A DNA stretch of 21,761 bases from contig JAWXBZ010000101.1 in the NCBI GenBank assembly GCA_034440375.1, positions 1 through 21,761 of the forward strand. Reading direction: 5' to 3'. A program made the translations under genes and the position numbers. Shown here one piece after another: positions 15,463 to 21,761 of this stretch. How positions within the stretch are numbered: position 1 is the stretch's first letter; every line of letters begins with the position of its first letter. A model generated the notes under the pieces. The model saw nothing but the letters and a program-made list of their open reading frames with translations. It was not told the DNA's origin and did no database searches. The stretch is from Candidatus Eiseniibacteriota bacterium. Its GTDB lineage: Bacteria; Eisenbacteria; RBG-16-71-46; JABDJR01; JAWXBZ01.

Positions 15463-17427
15463 ATGTCGCCCAATCCAATTCATCCCGCCGACAAGACCAT
15501 CGACGCCCTCCTCTTTGAACATCGCCTCTTTCCGCCTCCGGAGGAGTTCGCCCACCAGGCCTGGGTTGGCGACGACTCGGTATACGACGAGGCCGAAAAG
15601 GATTTCGAGGGTTTCTGGGCGCGTTTTGCCTCCGAACTTGAATGGATCAAGCCATGGGATGCGGTGCTGGAGTGGAAGGCGCCGTTCGCGAAGTGGTTCG
15701 TCGGAGGAAAGCTAAACGCCAGCGTCAATTGCCTCGATCGGCACTTGAATGGCCCGCGCCGGAACAAGGCGGCCCTGATATGGGAAGGCGAGTCGGGCGA
15801 TCAGCGAACGCTGACCTACTGGGATCTTCACCGTGAGGTCTGCCAGTTCGCCAACTGCATGAAAGGACTGGGGGTCGGCAAGGGGGATCGGGTGGCGATC
15901 TACCTGCCGATGATTCCGGAGGCGGTCATTTCGATGCTGGCCTGCGCCCGGATCGGAGCCGTGCATTCGGTCGTCTTCGGCGGCTTCTCGGCGGAATCGC
16001 TGCGCGATCGAATCAATGATGCCGGCGCCAAGCTCCTGATCACCGCCGACGGCGGCCATCGGCGCGGCGGGTTGGTACCGCTCAAGACGATGGCGGACGA
16101 GGCGCTCGAGGGAACGCCGACCATCGAAAACGTGGTGGTCGTGAAAAGGGGCGAGTTTCCGATGCATTTTCAGGAGGGGCGTGATCACTGGTATCACCGC
16201 CTGATGCAGGATGCCTCGCCCATCTGCCTCCCGGAGCCGATGGACGCCGAGGATCCGCTTTTCATCCTGTACACCTCCGGCACAACCGGCAAGCCGAAGG
16301 GGATCCTTCACACCACCGGCGGCTATCTTACCGGGACCTATGCCACGACGAAGTGGGTGTTCGATTTGCAGGAGAACGATGTCTTCTGGTGCACGGCCGA
16401 CATCGGCTGGATTACGGGCCATTCGTACGTGGTGTACGGGCCGCTGGCGAACGGCGCCACGCAGGTCATCTACGAAGGCGCCCCTGATTGGCCCGCACGC
16501 GATCGCTTCTGGTCCCTGATCGAGAAATTCGGCGTCACAATCTTCTACACGGCGCCGACCGCCATCCGCGCTTTCATGAAGTGGGGCACCGAGTGGCCCC
16601 TGAAACACAATCTCGGGTCGTTGCGGCTGCTCGGCTCGGTGGGCGAACCGATTAACCCGGAAGCCTGGATCTGGTATCACAAGTTCATCGGTGGCGAGCG
16701 TTGCCCGATCGTCGACACGTGGTGGCAGACCGAGACGGGACAGATCATGATTACGCCGCTGCCCGGCATCACCAGCACCAAGCCCGGATCGTGCGCGCGC
16801 CCATTTCCCGGAATCCGCGCCGACATCCTGAACGAGGCGGGCGAAGGGATCCCCGTTGGCGGCGGCTACCTGGCGCTGACCCGCCCCTGGCCGGCCATGA
16901 CCCGGGGCATCTGGGGCGATAACGAACGATTCGTACAAACCTACTGGTCCAAGTGGCCCAACCTTTACTTCCCGGGCGACGGTGCCAAGCGCGATGACGA
17001 CGGTTATTTCTGGGTGCTTGGCCGCGTCGACGATGTCATGAACGTGGCCGGCCACCGGATCGGCACGATGGAAGTGGAGTCGGCCCTGGTCGACCACCCG
17101 GCCGTGGCCGAGGCGGCGGTTGTGGGAAAATCGCACGAACTGAAGGGGACGGCCATTGCCGCATTCGTCACCCTGAAGGAAGGGCGCGAGGCCACCGATT
17201 CGCTGCGCGATGATCTCAAGGATCATGTCGTCAGGAAAATCGGCGCCATCGCCCGACCCGACGATATCCTGTTCAGCGCCGACCTGCCGAAAACACGTTC
17301 GGGAAAGATCATGCGCCGCCTGCTGCGCGACATCGCCGAAGGAAAGGCGCTGGGCGATACGACCACGCTCGCCGACCCGAACGCCATCGCCGCGCTCCGC
17401 GCCAAGTACGAGGAAGAACAGGGTTGA
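15463..17427 (+). CDS. acs: Acetyl-CoA synthetase (acetate--CoA ligase)
   Basis: [50 protein letters not shown] and [11 protein letters not shown]; start corrected to ATG 15463 with a GGAGG RBS. Confidence 0.97.
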   Translation: MSPNPIHPADKTIDALLFEHRLFPPPEEFAHQAWVGDDSVYDEAEKDFEGFWARFASELEWIKPWDAVLEWKAPFAKWFVGGKLNASVNCLDRHLNGPRRNKAALIWEGESGDQRTLTYWDLHREVCQFANCMKGLGVGKGDRVAIYLPMIPEAVISMLACARIGAVHSVVFGGFSAESLRDRINDAGAKLLITADGGHRRGGLVPLKTMADEALEGTPTIENVVVVKRGEFPMHFQEGRDHWYHRLMQDASPICLPEPMDAEDPLFILYTSGTTGKPKGILHTTGGYLTGTYATTKWVFDLQENDVFWCTADIGWITGHSYVVYGPLANGATQVIYEGAPDWPARDRFWSLIEKFGVTIFYTAPTAIRAFMKWGTEWPLKHNLGSLRLLGSVGEPINPEAWIWYHKFIGGERCPIVDTWWQTETGQIMITPLPGITSTKPGSCARPFPGIRADILNEAGEGIPVGGGYLALTRPWPAMTRGIWGDNERFVQTYWSKWPNLYFPGDGAKRDDDGYFWVLGRVDDVMNVAGHRIGTMEVESALVDHPAVAEAAVVGKSHELKGTAIAAFVTLKEGREATDSLRDDLKDHVVRKIGAIARPDDILFSADLPKTRSGKIMRRLLRDIAEGKALGDTTTLADPNAIAALRAKYEEEQG

Positions 17428-18140
17428 TGCCGGAGATCCAAGGCAGAACCCCGTTCGTCGTCGAAGCGCCCTGGCGGCTGATCGTACCGGACGAACCGGC
17501 GCCCGCTTCCGGCTGGCCGCTGGTGGTGTGCCTTCACGGCTGGGGGCAGGGCGTCGATTACTTCGCGCGTCTTTGCCGTCTCCTCCGGTTCGATGGCGCG
17601 GCTTTTCTTTTCCCGCAGGGACCCTGGTCGTTCGAGCAACGGAAGCTCGGAAAAATCCGGATCGGCCACGCCTGGTACCTGTATGACGGCACCGACGAAC
17701 CGTTCCGCTCGACGCTGGGCCGCGCCGAGGAACATATGATCGGCATTCTGGATCACCTCCACGCCCATCACCCAATCGATTCCAGCCGCATCGCGCTGTT
17801 CGGTTTCTCGCAAGGTGCCTACACCGGCTACTTCATCACCCTGCGCAACACCCATCGTTTCCGCGCGATGGTGGCCGTGGGTGGGGGTCGACTGAAGCCG
17901 GAATTCGTCGAGGACCGGCTGGCCGACGCGCGCCGCATTCCGTACCTCCTGATTCACGGCACGGACGATTCCTCGGTGCCGCTGGAGCGAACGGAGCTGA
18001 TGCGGGGAGAACTGACATCCCGCGGCTTTCCCGTTGACTTGCAGACATTTAGCGGCGGCCACGAAATGACTGTCGACATGCTGACCGCCGCCGCCGGCTG
18101 GTTGGCCCGGGAATTAGGATCCGTTCCGCCGGGCATCTGA
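17427..18140 (+). CDS. Alpha/beta-hydrolase, phospholipase/carboxylesterase family
   Basis: LHGWG oxyanion segment, GFSQG nucleophile, HGTDD..VP acid and GGHE His; TGATG overlap with acs. Confidence 0.88.
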   Translation: MPEIQGRTPFVVEAPWRLIVPDEPAPASGWPLVVCLHGWGQGVDYFARLCRLLRFDGAAFLFPQGPWSFEQRKLGKIRIGHAWYLYDGTDEPFRSTLGRAEEHMIGILDHLHAHHPIDSSRIALFGFSQGAYTGYFITLRNTHRFRAMVAVGGGRLKPEFVEDRLADARRIPYLLIHGTDDSSVPLERTELMRGELTSRGFPVDLQTFSGGHEMTVDMLTAAAGWLARELGSVPPGI

Positions 18141-18189
18141 TATCCTCCCGCTTCACCCTTCGATCGGGCTACCACACCGGGAGGTCCCC

Positions 18190-18906
18190 ATGATCCGCCA
18201 CACTCCGATCGCCCTGTCGGCCCTGCTTGCGCTGGCCTTCTTCGCGCCGGTTGCTTCGGCCACCACGTTCGACAACAAGCCAAAGCTGCTTCTCCATGTC
18301 CGAGCCACCACGACAAAGTCTCCCTGCACGACGGCCGGATTCCTCAGCAATTGCCAGACGGCCACCACCGCCGGCACCCTGGTCACTTCGGTCAGTGGCC
18401 CGTTCTACTTCGTCTACCTGCTGGCCGCGCGTGGCTCGCTGACCGATCTGGCCGGCCTTCAGTGCGGCATCAGCTACCAGGGGAACCAGCCCGCCAACAT
18501 TTCGGACGGCATCGGCATCGATGTCTTCGGCTGGTCGCTGTGCGCCACGCTCGAATTCGTGACCACCGGACCGAACGCCTGGCCCCGCCCCGGCGGCGGC
18601 AACCTGATCACCTGGGATGCCAGCAGCCGCTGTCAATCAGGCGATTCCGGCGTAGCGGGCTACTTCTACGTCGGGGCCTACTCCACCGACCAGATGTCGG
18701 TGACGCGCCGCCCCGTCGACAACAAAGCCGCCGTCGTCCGCTGCAACGCCACCGAACCTCCCGCCCTCGGCATCAGCGACCTCGGCACCGCCACCTTCAA
18801 CAACTCCGGCACTGGCGGCTGCAACCCCTGCCTCATCAACTGCTCCGCGCCGGTTGGCGTGGAAAACACAACCTGGAGCGTCGTCAAGACGTTGATACGG
18901 CCGTAG
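18190..18906 (+). CDS. Cys-rich secreted hypothetical protein with a C-terminal PV.VE.TTW..VK motif
   Basis: GGAGG RBS; signal peptide ending ASA; nine Cys in the mature part; C-terminus PVGVENTTWSVVKTLIRP. Confidence 0.85.
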   Translation: MIRHTPIALSALLALAFFAPVASATTFDNKPKLLLHVRATTTKSPCTTAGFLSNCQTATTAGTLVTSVSGPFYFVYLLAARGSLTDLAGLQCGISYQGNQPANISDGIGIDVFGWSLCATLEFVTTGPNAWPRPGGGNLITWDASSRCQSGDSGVAGYFYVGAYSTDQMSVTRRPVDNKAAVVRCNATEPPALGISDLGTATFNNSGTGGCNPCLINCSAPVGVENTTWSVVKTLIRP

Positions 18907-18944
18907 GTCCAGTTGATCCTGCAAAGGATGCGAAACCAGGCGTT

Positions 18945-20066
18945 TCAATTCGGCCGCATCGCCAGGACCAGCGTCAAGTCATCCGCGATCGGTCGCCCAC
19001 CTGACCATTCGCGAACCTCGGTCAACAGGTGATCCAGCAGATTCCCGCCGCCATCCAACCGGCGCGCGGCTGCCGCCACGCGCTCTTCGCCGAACAGCTC
19101 GTCCGTCGGTGATCGCGCCTCGGAGATGCCGTCGGTGTAGAGGAGCAGGTGGGCGCCCTCGGTGAAGGACCTTGTTTCCGCGGACCAGGAACCGGCCGGG
19201 AATATCTGCGAGACGATCGGACCCGTTGTCTCGAGCCGTTCGATCGAGCCCCCGGGCAGGGTCAGCAGTCCCGTCGGATGCCCCGCATTGACGTACTCGA
19301 GGCCCTTCTCCGCCGACAATCGCGCGGCGATCATCGTGACGAACTGATCCGCACCGAAGCTTTTGAGCGAGGCGTGGACCTGTTCAACGACGGCCACGGG
19401 GTCGAAGTCCTCGACCTGCGCGGCGCGGAAGCCGGCTTTGACGATGCCGGTCAGCATGGCGGCGGAGACGCCGTGGCCGGAGACGTCGGCGATGACGAGG
19501 GCGGCGCCGGTCGTGCCCACACGGGCGAAGTCGAAGAAATCGCCGCCGAGTTCGCTGGTGGGCTGGTAGCGGCCGGCCAGGCGGAAGCCGTTGATGACAG
19601 CCTCTTCCCTTGGCAGGAGGCTGCGCTGGAACGCGGTGGCTTGCGAGAGTTCCCCTTCGAGGCGACGGACGTGGCGACGGTTGTCCTCGGCCAGGTGTCG
19701 AAGTTCGAGGCATCTCTCAACCAGCGTGCGCAGAACCTCGCTATCGAATGGTTTCTGGATGAAATAGAACGCGTTTTCGCGAACGGCGCGGATCAATTTC
19801 TGATCGGGTTCGCTGGCGCTGCCGGTCATCAGGATGATGTCGATGCCCGGGACGAGTTCACGCAGGCGGGCCATCAACTCGAAACCGTCCATTTGCGGCA
19901 TGCGGACATCGAGGATTGCCAGGTCCGGGTTGTACTCACGTGCGTGAGCCAGCGCGTCGAGCGGTAATTCGTAGCTGACCACCTGGTGGCGGCGACCGAG
20001 GACACGTTCCACGGCGCGGAGCATGCCGGGTTCGTCGTCAACGATGAGCAGGCGTGATGGTTTCAT
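18945..20066 (-). CDS. Response regulator with a PP2C/SpoIIE (RsbU-like) phosphatase output domain
   Basis: REC domain (IVDDE, LDVRMPQMDG, MTG, KPF); PP2C motifs GGDFFD, IADVSGHG, NAGHP, LYTDG and DDLT; ATGA overlap with the kinase gene. Confidence 0.93.
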   Translation of the reverse strand: MKPSRLLIVDDEPGMLRAVERVLGRRHQVVSYELPLDALAHAREYNPDLAILDVRMPQMDGFELMARLRELVPGIDIILMTGSASEPDQKLIRAVRENAFYFIQKPFDSEVLRTLVERCLELRHLAEDNRRHVRRLEGELSQATAFQRSLLPREEAVINGFRLAGRYQPTSELGGDFFDFARVGTTGAALVIADVSGHGVSAAMLTGIVKAGFRAAQVEDFDPVAVVEQVHASLKSFGADQFVTMIAARLSAEKGLEYVNAGHPTGLLTLPGGSIERLETTGPIVSQIFPAGSWSAETRSFTEGAHLLLYTDGISEARSPTDELFGEERVAAAARRLDGGGNLLDHLLTEVREWSGGRPIADDLTLVLAMRPN

Positions 20067-21727
20067 CGGGCGGCCTCCGTGGGGGCGGCGGGGATCAGAA
20101 GTTTGACGGACGTTCCCTGTCCCGGTTCGGATTCCAGCTCCATCCGGCCGTTCATTTCCCAGAGGATCGAGCGGACGATCGAGAGCCCGAGGCCGTTCCC
20201 GGCGCTCCGGGTGGTGAAGAAAGGCTCCTGCACGCGGCTCAGCAATTCCTGTGGAATGCCCTCACCGGTATCGGTCACCACGACTTCAACCAGCCCGTCG
20301 GAGCGTGTGGCCCCGATGCGGAGTCGACCGCCGCTCGGCATGGCATCGCGGGCGTTGGTGATCAGATTCAGCAGGACCTGTTCGACATCGCTCTGCCCGC
20401 CGGCCAGGAGGGGCAGGCTGGTCGGAATGTCCAGGTTCAGGACGATGCCCCGTCGCTCCAGGCCATCGCGCATGATGGTCAGCGTGGCGGCCACGGCCGC
20501 ATGGAGATCGGCCACGCCGGTCGTTCGGTGGCCGCTCCGCGCGAAGGAGAGCATCCCGCCGAAGATGCGCCGGCAGGTCAGGAGCGATGTCTCAATCTGT
20601 TTCAGGTCGGTGACAAAGACCTCCGGCTCGATCTGGCCGTTGGAGGCTTCTTCGCGCATGGCCTGCACGATCGGCACGACGGATCCGAGCGCGTTGTTGA
20701 CGTCGTGGGCCACACCACGGGCCAGGTCGGCCATCGCATGTTTCTTTTCGGCCTCGACCAGGCGCGTGTGCAGGAACTCGGTTCGCTGCGAGTTCAGGAT
20801 GGCGATGGTGGCCTGGGAGCGAAACCGCTCGACCAGGTCCGCTTCGTACCGGCCGAAACTTCCGGCGTGGCGGCTGGCGATCTTGAGGAGCCCGAAGACG
20901 CCACCCTTTGAGGCGATGGGCGCCACCAGCATGGCGGATTCGCGTTCCAGGCCGGGCTCGCGATTGTAATCGAGGAGCTCGGCCAATTGATGCAACGGCA
21001 GCCAGCGTCGTTCGCGCCAGGTGTCGTCGATGCGCTCGAATCCGAGTACCTCGCCACGCTGAACGATCCGCTCGACGTCGTCGGTCGAATTCAACTTCTG
21101 GCCGATCCGCCGACTCTTCCCCTTCGTCCAGGCAATCTGCTCGGCCACAATGGTGAAGGCGGCATCATCCCCTTCGCGGAACAGCAGGGTGGAGGAATGA
21201 TCGTAGCCGGTGAGCGAGCGAAGGCCGTCCAGGATCTGGTAGAAGAGATCCTTCGGTCGGAGCTGCTCCATGATTTTCTTGTCAAGGCGATCACGAACAT
21301 CGATCATCCGCTCCCGATCGATGGAAGCCAGTGCCTCGGATGCCAGAGCCGAGGCACGGTGCAACCAGCGCCAGGTGCCGGGCTCGAACGGCCGACTCGT
21401 TCGACGCAGCGCGATGGCCCCCCACGGCCGGCCGTAACGCTTGATGGGCGCCAGGATCGTGTCGGCGGGGATATTGGCCTGACGGGTCCGGATGAACTGA
21501 TCGATGAACCGATAGTCCCAGTTCCCGGCCCGTGGCCACTGGATGACCGGGTCGGATTCCGGTTGACCCGGTTTCATGGTGGCGATGACGGCGGCCTCCG
21601 CCTGGAAATGCTCGCGGGTGACGCGCATGGCCGCCGAAAGAGCCTTTCGGGCATCACGCACCTGGCTGAGGTGCGCCCCGAGGGCATCCAGGAATCGGAA
21701 ATGATCCAGTTCTTGTTCCGGCAGCAT
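20063..21727 (-). CDS. Cytoplasmic GAF-domain sensor histidine kinase
   Basis: Two GAF-like segments and no TM helices; H-box AHDVNN, N-box EQVLLNLITNARDA, DTGEGI, PFFTT and GNGLGL. Confidence 0.92.
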   Translation of the reverse strand: MLPEQELDHFRFLDALGAHLSQVRDARKALSAAMRVTREHFQAEAAVIATMKPGQPESDPVIQWPRAGNWDYRFIDQFIRTRQANIPADTILAPIKRYGRPWGAIALRRTSRPFEPGTWRWLHRASALASEALASIDRERMIDVRDRLDKKIMEQLRPKDLFYQILDGLRSLTGYDHSSTLLFREGDDAAFTIVAEQIAWTKGKSRRIGQKLNSTDDVERIVQRGEVLGFERIDDTWRERRWLPLHQLAELLDYNREPGLERESAMLVAPIASKGGVFGLLKIASRHAGSFGRYEADLVERFRSQATIAILNSQRTEFLHTRLVEAEKKHAMADLARGVAHDVNNALGSVVPIVQAMREEASNGQIEPEVFVTDLKQIETSLLTCRRIFGGMLSFARSGHRTTGVADLHAAVAATLTIMRDGLERRGIVLNLDIPTSLPLLAGGQSDVEQVLLNLITNARDAMPSGGRLRIGATRSDGLVEVVVTDTGEGIPQELLSRVQEPFFTTRSAGNGLGLSIVRSILWEMNGRMELESEPGQGTSVKLLIPAAPTEAAR

Positions 21728-21761
21728 GAGACGGACAGGATACGACGGGCCGCGCGGCCCG

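Noticed and set aside
15712-17775. 687-aa minus-strand ORF
   Set aside because: Antisense shadow of acs and the esterase, expected from high-GC codon bias; no recognisable motifs.

Overview
GC-rich bacterial chromosomal window with about 21 complete protein-coding genes; no rRNA, tRNA, CRISPR array or transposase was recognised. From left to right: (1) a Tat-lipoprotein made of fibronectin type III repeats plus a C-terminal Rieske-like domain with shortened ligand motifs; (2) a roughly 190-nt hairpin-dense intergenic element on the minus strand with its own candidate promoter and terminator (candidate sRNA); (3) a translationally coupled minus-strand operon of an outer-membrane beta-barrel, an FMN-binding protein and a membrane-domain/ApbE flavin-transferase fusion, behind a sigma70 promoter bracketed by two DtxR-family-like operators; (4) a GH13 glycosidase, an alkaline-phosphatase-superfamily metalloenzyme and a lipoprotein; (5) an RHH/PIN toxin-antitoxin pair that may have inserted into the 3' end of pdxT; (6) a pdxR-pdxS-pdxT vitamin B6 operon; (7) DUF4112 and GlsB/YeaQ/YmgE membrane proteins; (8) a small secreted protein containing a cationic amphipathic helix, preceded by a sigma54 promoter, an IHF site and dyad motifs, and facing a sensor-less sigma54 activator; (9) acetyl-CoA synthetase, an esterase, a Cys-rich secreted protein with a C-terminal TW-x-x-x-K motif, and a GAF histidine kinase with a REC-PP2C partner. 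The best candidates for undescribed systems are the metal-regulated flavinylation/Rieske/sRNA cluster (151-5543) and the sigma54 peptide module (13647-15264). All family assignments come from motif recognition by eye; no searches were run.
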